From Vicugna vicugna (taxonomy: Eukaryota), in contig MU058451.1 in NCBI GenBank assembly GCA_013265495.1, positions 62,001 to 126,000 on the forward strand: a DNA stretch of 64,000 nucleotides, read 5' to 3'. The notes below the pieces were generated by a model. The model was not told the origin of the DNA. It ran no database searches and worked only from the letters and a program-made list of their open reading frames with translations. The translations under genes and the position numbers were made by a program. How positions within the stretch are numbered: position 1 is the stretch's first letter; each line of letters opens with the position of its first letter. Positions 14,187 to 25,475 of this stretch are shown in pieces.

Positions 14187-15534
14187 TACTGAGTCTGAAT
14201 ACTTACTCCTTTGAATATTAATTATCTCATCCTCTCAATAAGTGATGACAAATCAGAGCACAAAAACAACAGCTACCCTATTACAGGAGGCATCGGGGAG
14301 ACAACTAGGGCAAAAATGCCTTGCTCACACAGTGACTTGGATTTTCTGGGTATTTCTTTCATGGTTACTTGTTAGAAGGCCAAATCCTGTAGGTTAACGA
14401 AAACTGGAGCAAGCCATGATAACCAAAAGTTAAAGAATCTTTGGCAAAATCTCTTTCCATGACTCATCTTTTGTAGCATCTTCTTAGCCTCCTGTACCTT
14501 GTATCACGCAATAATGCACAGACTGCACCAAGTGGATATTGACATCCTTACATATATTTTTTCATGTGATATCTACATAAATACACTTGAGATTATAAAC
14601 TACAATGGGAAAGGAGCCTAAAGTTTTTTATTACAGCTTTTTTTGTGATATAATTCACATACCATGCAATTCACCCATAAGGCATACAATTCAGTGGTTT
14701 TTAGTATATTCACAGAGTTGTCAGGACCTAAAATTTAACCTCTGTTATACAGGAGAGCAACTGTGAAAGACCTCATCATTTCCACTTGATCATGGTTAAG
14801 ATTTTTAGTATTTTTTTTTCCGTCAGCGGGTTATTCTATACAAGCCCACTTAAAGGAAAGGAGGTAATCACCAGTGATAAACTCATCTTTAATGAAAAGA
14901 AGGGCCATTAAAGAGAAAAAAGAGTCAGTTTTCTCTCAATGTTCATTCATCTTCCCTGAAAGGACACAGAACACTTTCAAACAGTGATGATTAGATCCAA
15001 AATTTATATGCTCTGCTTTATATACCCTTTGATTAATCCATAACAGCCAATTACCATGGCTTACCTTTATTATTAGATTTTCGCAGCACCATTACACTCC
15101 TGACTAATGAAAATGCTAAGAAGAGTCTATTAAGAGCAGGCACAAGATCATTCTAGCTAATGCCAAACAGTTAATTGTCTTCAAAGTCTGAAGGCATGGT
15201 CTTATGATACATGGGACTGAGGCTACATATAAATAAATGAGTCCGTGGTAAAGCACTTAGAAGAGCACTGAGCACAAAGCAAGTGTTTGGTGATTAAGAT
15301 GATCAGATCATACAGAAACCAGGACACTTGCGAGCAAGAAAGGTATGCAACTGTATTAGCTGTTATTATTTTCTAGCACCTATCTATTTTCCCTAATTAA
15401 AATAACACAAATGGCCCTTCTTAACAATATTAATTTATAATTAAATCTTGGAAAGAAATTGCACATAGACTTTGCAAGATTTTCCATTAAAGTACATATA
15501 AATAAATAAAATAAATGACCTTTGGCTGCCACTT

Positions 15535-15681
15535 TTGTTTGGTTTTGGTTTTTTTGTTTGCTTTGGGGGGGTAATTAGTTTTTTTTTATTGTTATTTTTC
15601 ATTTAACAGACATACTGGGGATCGAACCCAGGATCTCATACATGCTAGGCATGTGCTCTACCACTGAGCTATACCCTCCCC
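15535..15681 (-). mobile_element. Vic-1-like SINE
   Basis: Reverse copy; TSD tggctgccactt. Confidence 0.88.
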
Positions 15682-16171
15682 ACTGGCTGCCACTTCCATA
15701 TCACACTGTATTGCCCCCCAAACCCACATCAGCAACAACACAGATTAGTTACTAAACAACCAAAGGATATACATGTATGAGCCTGGTCAGTTCACCTTGA
15801 GCCAAACGTGCAAGCACCAGTTGGTCTGCAGATGCCAGCCTCTTTCTTAACACATTTGGATTTCTGGGGCAATGAATCTGTCACTTTTTGACATGTGATC
15901 AATTTTCTAATAATTGAATGTTAAGAGGAATGGGTGGACCATCGGTCTTTGCACTCGAGCTACAAGGAAGTACACAAATGAATTTTCCAGGTCATAGAAG
16001 CTTCCATCAACACTTCCAATCATTATAGGTAGGACTCTTCCTAAATGTGTGAACCTCATAACAATGGTTTCCAGGTCTTTCTTTTAGGAAATCTCATTTC
16101 GTATCCCGAAAAAATACGGCTACGGGTCAGCTCAGCACTTTACACTTACAGGGAAAAAAGAACATGAATGC

Positions 16172-16750
16172 AGGATGACACCTGCACCCCAGTGTTCATA
16201 GCAGCACTATTTACAATAGCCAAAACATGGAAACGGCCTAAATGTCCATCAACAGGTGACTGGATAAAGAAGATGTGGTGTATTTATACAATGGAATACT
16301 ACTCAGCCATAAAAACTGACAACGTAACGCCATTTGCAGCAACATGGATGCTCCTGGAGAATGTCATTCTAAGTGAAGTAAGCCAGAAAGAGAAAGAAAA
16401 ATACCATATGAGATCGCTCATATGTGGAATCTAAAAAACAAAAACAAACAAACATAAACAAAGCATAAATACAGGACAGAAATAGACTCATAGAGAATAC
16501 AAACTTGTGGTTGCCGGGGGGTGGAGGGTGGGAAGGGATAGACTGGGATTTCAAAATTGTAGAATAGATAAACAAGATTACACTGTATATAGCACAGGGA
16601 AATATACACAAAATGTTGATAACTCACAGAGAAAAAAATGTGACAATGAGTGTGTATATGTCCATGAATGACTGAAAAATTGTGCTGAACACTGGAATTT
16701 GACACAACATTGTAAAATGATTATAAATCAATACAAAATGTTAAAAAAAA
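16172..16750 (+). mobile_element. Young 5'-truncated L1 (ORF2 C-terminus + 3' UTR)
   Basis: DTCTPVFIAALFTIAKTWKRPKCPS...WIKKMW...EYYSAIK...LSEVSQKEKEKYHM; A tail; TSD atgaatgc at 16164-71 and 16751-58. Confidence 0.93.
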
Positions 16751-18029
16751 ATGAATGCTGTATTCACTCTGCTGACATGGGTGCCTCTGTTCATTTACAG
16801 TCAGAGAAGGAGCCCCCGGAATCAACATCTCACAGAATCCTTCATTATGATTTTCTAGCCTGGAAATTTTGTCCTTTTTCCCTCTGTGACTCTGAACAGA
16901 TGCCAACCACCTTCACAGACCATGTCCAAGCATCCCCAGGGTGAGGCACCAATCTGGGTTGGCCATTTATAATGCTACCCTTTCTCCCAACCCACCCCCA
17001 TCACTCAGGAAAGTATACTGGAAAAAAGCAAGTGAGTAAGAGAGAGAGTATCGTATGAGTAATCGCACATCTGCTCTGATTTTCTTTTTTAAGCAAACCA
17101 ACTAGGGTGTATTTGTAAACTTGATACGTTATTGAAAACAACATTTGTGAATTACCTTCCAACTTCCTTTGACACATGAGTGTGTGTACTCTGACTCCCC
17201 TTGCCTTGATGGTTCTGCAGGGAGGCCACCTTCCCCTTTCTCCCCAGAATATTCATTCACTGTTTGTTTACTCATTTGCTATTCTTTTATTCTCTCCACA
17301 AACATTTAATGAGTTATTTACGGTGTCACATGCTAAGGAAACATGATGATGGAGACCAAAAGTCCTCTGCTGCCAACGAGCTCATATCTAATGAGGGAAG
17401 TTAGGTATATCAACAGAAGAAATGGAGGTGAGAGAAGGGACGGGGTTAGGGATAGAGACACTGCATCTGATAGGTGGATAGATGATTGACAGCTGAGGAC
17501 AAGCGCTGTGTGGAGATGCATTTGAGAGACCAGAAGGGCCTCTGACTCTTCTGTGGGAGAAAGGTGGTCAGGGAAGCTGGAGGAGCTGGGACACTCCGAC
17601 GGCCAGGTGAGGCAGGGCAGGTCTTCCAGGAGCACCATGGCCGTACTCTGTAGCGAGCATGCAGGCCTGCAGCAGCAGTGTGGATACACTCACTTAGGCC
17701 TCAGTGCAGTCTGAAGATGTAAGAAAGCTGATAAGTCTGGCAGGATAAGGGATACAGACGGGATTTTTTTTTTTTTAAGTAAGCCAGGAGAAAACAGATC
17801 TGAGGATTGTAAGGGCCAGCAGGAGGGTGTTAGATGAGAGATCCCCCTCCTCTGAGCCTTCCCTGCCTCACTCTTGTTCACTTGTACTCTTTTTCTCACA
17901 GCCCCCTCAACTCCCAGAAGCAGCCAGCTTAAATCTTATTAGTTTGGATCTAAAAACCTAGTGATCATTGAATTTCCTAAAATTTCAGGGTTTTTAAAAT
18001 ACTTCCTTTGCACAAAGGCTTGAACGTGA

Positions 18030-18440
18030 ACCTTCCTATCAGCATTGTTCATAATAGCCAAAAACTTAACTGGCTGTATATCCATACAGTGGAGTATTCT
18101 TCAGCATGAAAAGGAACAAACTGTTGGTACTTGAAACGACATAGATGCACCTCAAATACACGACACCCAGGAAAAGAAGCCAGAGACATATTGTATGATG
18201 TATATACTACCTACTTTTATGAAATTTCGAAAAACAGAAAATTACCTATAGAGAAAGAAAGTGGATCAGTGGTCAGCTGTGTCTGACGGTAAGAGTGGGG
18301 GCCGATTGCAAAAGAGCAGGTGGGAACTTTTTGGGGTGATAGGAATAGTCTAAAACTGGATTGTGGGATTGGTAGCACAATGTAAATTTATTACAAGTCA
18401 TTTAACTGTGCACTTACTGTAGTAAATTTTATAGTATGTA
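18030..18440 (+). mobile_element. Old L1ME/MC-like 3' end
   Basis: cagcattgttcataatagcc...tgtaaattatacctca. Confidence 0.7.
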
Positions 18441-19116
18441 AATTATACCTCATTCTAAAAATGTACTAGCCACTTGCCTATTCTTTTAAGAAAATATATT
18501 GAGCATTGTTGAACTCTTTTCTTCAGGGTCTTCAGCATAAATACATGTATGATCAGTATAGTGGTGTGATTAGGTGATAAACTGTGTAATCCCCTGCAAG
18601 TTACAAAATCTCCAAAGCCCTCGGTCTCCTCATTTGTAAAATGAAGATAATAAAAGTATATACCACGTAGGATTGTTAGAATTAGAACATGTAAAGCACT
18701 TAGAAAAAAGTTAACAAAAACTCAGTTTAACAGTAGCTAATACTATGCTAATGATTGCTACACCATGATTAGCATAGCACATGGGAGAAGAAGGGAGGGG
18801 GTAGGGGAATGGAAACACAACTGAGGTGATGGAATCAAAGGCATTCTTCAAGGCTCAGCTCCTTATAATCCCTCCAATGTTAGTTTCGTAACAATCTACA
18901 GATCATTTAAGCACTGAGTTTTATCAAAAACCTATGATGTTCCAGGCACTTTGCTTAGATGATCTCCTTTCATTCTTGTAGTAACCCAGTGTGGTCAGCT
19001 ACTTTACAAGTAAGGACTCCAGGCAAGCCTTGAAGAACAAGTTCTACCTCTAGTAAGCAACAGTTGTAATTCAGTTCCAAGTTTGTCTGACTTCCAAACT
19101 CATGCACTTATCATTA

Positions 19117-19436
19117 CAGTCTTCCCTCATATCTGTGGGGGTGGGGGGACATTGGTTCCAGGAACCATCCCGGCTCCCATAACAAAATCCACAGATGCTC
19201 AAGTCCCTTATGTAAAATAGCATAATATCTGCATATACACAGATGCTCCCATATACTTTAAATCATCTTTAGATGACTGACAATACCTAATACCTTGTAA
19301 ATGATATGGAAACAGTTGCCAGTAAGTGACAAATTCAAGTTTTGCTTTTTGAAACTTTCTGGAATTTTTCTTTTTTTTGGATCTGTGGTTGGTTGAATCT
19401 GCAGATGAGGAATTCACAGATATGAAGGGCCAACAG
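19117..19436 (+). mobile_element. MER2/MER2B-like Tigger DNA transposon
   Basis: Imperfect TIRs flanked by TA; ttggttccagga, gatgctcaagtccc, tactttaaatcatct. Confidence 0.8.
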
Positions 19437-20284
19437 TATATCAATTGAGGAAGAATAGTAAGAGAGTGGCCAGTTAACTACAGCAAAGGGGAATTTTTGA
19501 AAGAGCACTTTAATTTTCATAGACTAGAGCTAGAACACACTTTCAAGTCCCACTGAGATGAAGGTTCAGGAAAATATACTCCTCATTTTAATAATTCCTG
19601 GGGCATTTTCAACAGGGGACGCCTTAAATTAGGGGCAGTACTTCTCAAAATTTTTCATATGCTATAACACCTGGAAATAGAGGTTCTCATTATGAACAAC
19701 CACGAAAAACTGACATAAAAAAGGTAATGTAAAAATATATATACTTTGTTCTAAATTAGATATTACTGCATGTCATATACTAGCTTGCAGGCACTTCTAA
19801 TAAAAATGTATGGAAAAAAATTTAGGTGATTAATAAACTTGGTTTTTTTTTGTTTTTTGGGGTTTTTTTTTGTACAAATTGGTGACTCTCATTGGTCAAG
19901 GGTACAGGGGAGTTCTCTGTACTTTTCTCAAAATTTTTCACCAAGTTTGAAACGACTGCAAAAAAAGTTTAAAATAACTGGCATATAATTTTGGGTTTTG
20001 ATTCTTAATTCAAAGCAAATTGGACTGAATCTAAATGGAAACTTAACTGTATCACTGAGAATTAGAAATTATGAAAGCTCTCCATGAGGCAGGTATCAGA
20101 TATAAAAGACTTGTATTTAATATTTATGACCCAACTTCCAACAAAGCCATTTTCTCCTACATAAGAGTTTTTCCCCGTCATAGACTCCTCGTTGAATGCT
20201 TGGCTGCACCAGCCTGACCAGCTCAGTTGGACAGAGAACTGAGGAGAAGAGAGCCATGAAATGGAGGCTACAGTGCTGATTATT

Positions 20285-20444
20285 ATTATTTTGTTATTTA
20301 TTATTGTATTATTTAATTATTTTATTTTGGCAGGGTGGGGAGCAGTAATTAGGCTTATTTATTCTTAGAGAAGTTACTGGGGATTGAACCCAGGACCTCA
20401 TGCATGCAAAGCATGCACTCTACCACTTGAGCTATACCCTCCCC
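20285..20444 (-). mobile_element. Vic-1-like SINE
   Basis: Reverse copy with A/B boxes and AT-rich tail. Confidence 0.88.
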
Positions 20445-20779
20445 TTGCTTATTTTTTGTTCTCCTCCTAGAAGAGTAGCCTTAGTTGGGGCCAGTGAGAT
20501 ACAAGAAGCTTGCTAAGAAAACTCCCACAGAAATTCAGCCAGCCACTTACTCAATAATATCGATTTGTGGTCCCTTCTATGTGGCAGAGTGTTATAGTTG
20601 AGAACATGGGCTTGGGAAACACACAGAATGGGGTAAGATCCTGGCCCTGCCTTACTGACTCTGTAGTCAACATGAGCAAATCACTTCACTTCCTGTGGAA
20701 TAGTTTCTTCATCTGTAAAATGGGACAATAAGAGTGGCTACCTTACAAGATAGATGCATTACGTGTGCAGCGCTTAGAA

Positions 20780-22900
20780 ACCTGCTCAGTTAATGCTACG
20801 CACTGAGCTCAGTACTGGAGATGGCAACAGTGAACACGACAGACATGGTCCCAGGTTGTCCTATGCTGTCACAGCATGGAATACAAACTTACAAAGCAGG
20901 AGTGACAACATGTTTTAATTGCCACAGTGGGGACATATAGGAAAATGGCAGCTAATATTCATGTCGTATTTACTCTGTGATGGGCTTTACAGATTCTTAA
21001 TTCACTTAACCCTCATTAATAACCCTGTGAGGAAGGTACCACTTTGCCCATGAGGAACTGAGGCACAAAGAGGTTAAGTCACTTGATTAAGGTCACAAAG
21101 GAGGCAACCAAGTCAAGACTCTAGCCCAGGCAGTCAGAACTGGAGTTCATGTTCCTAACCATGCCATTCTGCCGCCTTTAAGTACCCAAACTCAAACACA
21201 AAGGATTAGGGAAGATTTTCTAGAGGAAACAGTGTCCATGCTGAGACATAAAGGCTGAGTAGTAGTTACCAGACCAGGAATAGAGCAGAGAGGGGCATAC
21301 AAAAGTATTACATGTAGAAGGAATACGTGTGTGAAGTGGAGCCAAGAGAAAGTGTGGCGCATCCATCCAGGAACTGCGGGAGCAGGAAAACATGAGCCTG
21401 GAGAGAGAAGTAGCTCCCAGACCTTGCGAGAGCTTCTAAGTCACGTCCTGATTCAGAGTGCAGACTTTATGCTGAGCAACAGGGAGCCACTGATGATTAA
21501 AGCACAAAAGGGGGCATGAACAGACTTACATTTTAGAAAGATTGTTCAGAGAGAGGCATGAATGCATTGGAAAGGCACAAAACTAGAGGTGGGTGAATAG
21601 TTAGAGGTGACGTGGCCCATATTATGGAAGTGACGCTGAAATATAAAGAAGTGGAAAGTTGCAGAATTCAAGAGCTATTTTAAAGAGAAAGAGAAAGATT
21701 CAAGTGGTTAAAAAGATTTTGGTGACTGACTAGCTTAGGAAGGAGATGGATGGAAAATTCACACATAGATTTAGACTTTGGCTTGGATATATTTGACTAA
21801 ATAGTTGTGCCCAATGATGGGCACAATAGAGCTCCCCAAAAAAGATGATATCTAAAGGGAAATAGGATTAAGATTTTGAACGTTTACTTTAAAGAAGGAA
21901 CAGTGGAGTTAAACCTCATTTGCCTCTTATGCTCCCAGGCACATAACCCATCAATGCTGTTTCATGAATGAGTGGTCAGATGCACATGGTTCTGAAGTTC
22001 CAGAGACTTAGGCTTCAGGTATAAATGAGAGACTCACTTAGCAAATAGCGTTAGAAGCCATTGAGCTGGAGACACTGTCCTCGAGAGGGTTGTGCAGTAG
22101 GAAGGGGGGTAGTAGGCAGGACACGGTTCTGCGGGATGCCACCTTCAAGGGAAGGACCGAGGAAGTGAGGCTTGTAAAGGAGACTGAAGAAGCCCTGTCG
22201 GGGTGATGGAAAGAAAACCACAAGATGGTTTCTGCAATCAAGGGAAGATGACGAAAATGTTCCATCCAGAGAAGCCAGCGCTGCTGAAACAACCATTGAT
22301 GGATGAGGGAAGAGTCCACTGGTTTTAACAACCAGAAAAACCTCAAGTCTTTTTGTCAAGCCTTTCAAGTGGAGTGGAGGGAGCAAAAACCAGGTGGCAG
22401 GGGGAGAGGTGGGAGGTGTGGAAGTGGATGATAAGTGTGCAAACTTCTTTCAAACATGTGGTCCTGAAAGGGAAGGGAGTGGTGACAGCTGGAGAAGGAA
22501 GAGAGTCTTGGGAGAGCTTTGAGTCTGTTGTTTTGTTGTGGTTTGGAGGGAGGGTTTGGATTTGTTGATGGTGAGGAGGCTATTGATAATAATGCTGATA
22601 ATTTTATTGTCCTCTTTGTCATTTGAGATAGGGGAATTAGAGAATTTCTTAGGTGAAGGAGGGAGGGAGAAGCCATTGATTCTAAGGAGGGAGGAACCCA
22701 CACAGAAGTCTAAGCGAAGCATTTTTGACAGAATAAAGGGCACATCTTCCCTTTTTCCTTAAGGGCAGGAGGACAGACAGAATGAGTGCAGAATGTCACT
22801 TCAGCATGGAGTGGGACAGAACTTGAAGGCATTCTCTTCTGATGGCTTCCACTTTCTCTGTGAAATTGGAGATCAAGCAAATTTGCTGACACCATGAGAA
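20780..22900 (-). mobile_element. Fragmented L2 with nested MIR
   Basis: Purine-rich antisense L2-type motifs; MIR core near 20950-21170. Confidence 0.6.
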
Positions 22901-23507
22901 GCCTCAGAAGTTTTAGGAAAGTAGAGGCTTGAAATAATCACAGTGATGAGTGGGAAATCCCACCAGGGCAAAGAAGGAATTGCCAGGCAACGCTGAGGAT
23001 TCACCTGTAGCTGGTGACAGCAAACTCTAAGTAGCCTTCGGGTACCTTCTCTCCAGCAGCCCGGGGAGAGGACTGTAGAAGGCAGAACCAGAAGGATCCA
23101 GTGTTTGGGTTTTGCCTGGGGACAATGTGACAAAAGGACACACGGTAAAGGGACTTGGCAGGAGCATGGTTAGAGAGTTCCCATGAAATTCAAGCCAGGC
23201 CAGGAAAGAAGCAAAGACAAGCAAGAGATGAGAGATTGAGAAAGAGCAACTGGGCGAGGGTCTAGATTTATTTTCTGATTCCAGAGGATAAAGTTCAAAG
23301 CCTATCAGGACGAAATTTTTGAAATGAGGTCAAGAAGAAGATAGATCCCTGAGTTATTTAAAATGGAGGGAATTTGCACTTAATCAGCACATATTAAATG
23401 CCAGGCATTATGCTATGATTTGTACATGCGTACACAGGAAGGTATTTTACCTTCAAAAAAAAAAATCTGAAAGTTAGCGGTTATTATTCCTATTAAAGAA
23501 AAATTGT

Positions 23508-23600
23508 GGGGGTATAGCTCAGTGGTAGAGCACACGTTTAGCATGCACGAGATCCTAGGTTCAATCCCCAGTACCTCCATTAATAAACAAACAAACAAAT
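23508..23600 (+). mobile_element. Vic-1-like SINE abutting the RPL13 pseudogene
   Basis: gggggtatagctcagtggtagag...acctcca + (aaac)n; flanked by aattgt. Confidence 0.9.
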
Positions 23601-23610
23601 AATTGTACTG

Positions 23611-24396
23611 CTTTCCCCGTCTGTACGCCCTCGCAGGAGGCCGGTCAGCCGCAGCCACGGCGCCCAGCCGGAATGGCATGATCCTGAAGCCCCACTTCCA
23701 CAAGGGCTGGCAGCGGCGCGTGGCCACGTGGTTCAACCAGCCCGCGTGCAAGATCCGCAGACGCAAGGCCCAGCAGGCCAAGGCGCGCTGCATCACCCCG
23801 CGCCGCATCGCCCCGCGCTGCATCGCCCCGAGCCCCGCGCCGCATCGCCCCGCGACCAGCGCCGCATCGCCCCGCGACCCGCGCCCCGCGCCCGGCCCGC
23901 TCCGGCCGGTGGTGAGATGCCCCACGGTCTGGTACCACACGAAGGTGCGCGCTGGCCGGGGCTTCAGCCTGGAGGAGCTGAGGGTGGCCGGCATCCACAA
24001 AGTGGCCCGGACCATCGGGATCTCGGTGGACCCGAGGCGGCGGACCAAGTGCACGGAGTCCCTGCAGACCAACGTGCAGCGGCTGAAAGAGTACCGCTCC
24101 AAGCTCATCCTCTTCCCCAGGAAGCCCTCAGCCCCCCAAGAAGAGAGACAGCTCTGACGAGGAGCTCAAGCTGGCCGCCCAGCTGACAGGACCAGTCATG
24201 CCCATACGGAATGTCTACAAGGAAAAGGCCAGAGTCATCACAGAGGAGAAGAACTTCAAGGCGTTTGCCAGCCTCCGCATGGCCCGGGCCAACGCCCGGC
24301 TCTTTGGCTTCCGGGCAAAAAGGGCCAAGGAAACGGCAGAACAGGATGTTGAAAAGAAAAAATTAAGTGCTGTTGGTAGATTGTGATAAAAAAAAA
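23611..24396 (+). pseudogene. RPL13: Processed pseudogene of ribosomal protein L13 (eL13)
   Basis: Intronless [15 protein letters not shown]...[20 protein letters not shown] / MPIRNVYK...AEQDVEKKK. Starts with a TOP-like ctttcc; start codon ATG>ACG (23657-59); +1 frameshift near 24132-24137; A tail; TSD aattgtactg at 23601-10 and 24403-12. Confidence 0.95.
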
Positions 24397-24859
24397 TTGT
24401 AAAATTGTACTGAGAAAAGATATTTGCCCATAAGCCACCTAGCTTGTCAAAGATTTAGCCTGGATTCAAACTCTGGTCCTACTCTCATCCTCAAATCTCA
24501 TCAAATTATTCAAAAGTTGCTCCAGAAGTCATTAGAAATAATTAAACCACTTTCATATATTTTAAACTAGTTTTTATTTAAAAAGTTCAAACTGTAAAAG
24601 TGGGTGCATGTAAGAAGTATATCTCACTCCAGCACTGTTAAGTTTTAAAATATCCTGCTAGCATATTTCCTTGCACGCTAGACATATGTCTGTGTGTGTG
24701 TACACATACAGTGACAAAAGGTGTGCCAGACACCTCTGCACCCTCCTTTTCAAACGCAGCAATCTCTCTCGGAAATATTCGATAGAGCACACCTTTTTCC
24801 TTTCAGACAGCCTAGTATTCCTCAGGTGCTACAAATGATTTAACCCTACAACAGATTAT

Positions 24860-25007
24860 CTTTTTCTTTTTCTTTTTTTTTTTTTAGGTTTTTTTGGGGG
24901 GGGGATAATTAGGTTTATTTATTTATTTTTAGAGGAGGTACCTGGGGATTGAACCCAGGACCTCTTGCATGCAAACACGCACTCTCCCACTTGAGCTATA
25001 GCCCCCC
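24860..25007 (-). mobile_element. Vic-1-like SINE
   Basis: Reverse copy; TSD atctttttc. Confidence 0.88.
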
Positions 25008-25329
25008 AATCTTTTTCAGTTACAAATAAAGTAGTAATGATTACCCTCGTATGTATCCATGTCTCCATCTGGGATTGAATTGGGGTTGAGAATCCTAGTG
25101 ACCTTGACATTATTTAATGACTAAATTGTATTTTACCTCAATGTTCAATTAAACCAAAAAAGTCACCGTTTCTCCTATACCGTACTAAGTTCTCAAGAGA
25201 GTTTTGCTCTTTTTCTGTACTCTGTTCTGCTCTGCTGATCTACATATTCATGTGTCAATACTAAAGAAACTGTCACCCTTACTGTAGTTTTATAAAACAT
25301 TTTGGTATCTGTTTAGGGTAAGACTCCCA

Positions 25330-25475
25330 AGGGATGGGTACAGCTCAGTGGCAGAGCGCATGCTTAGCATGCACGAGGTCCTGGGTTCAATCCCCAGTGC
25401 CTCCACTAAGAAATAAATTAAATAAACCTAATTACTTCCCCCCACAAAAAAAAGTAATGTAAAAAAAAAGAAAAA
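25330..25475 (+). mobile_element. Vic-1-like SINE
   Basis: Forward copy with aataaacctaattac tail. Confidence 0.88.

Noticed and set aside
23508..23579. tRNA-Ala(AGC) gene (and similar copies across the window)
   Set aside because: About 15 dispersed diverged copies with A-rich tails, TSDs and broken stems: these are SINEs, not tRNA genes.
23413..24108. 231-aa minus-strand ORF
   Set aside because: Antisense shadow of the RPL13 pseudogene and SINE.
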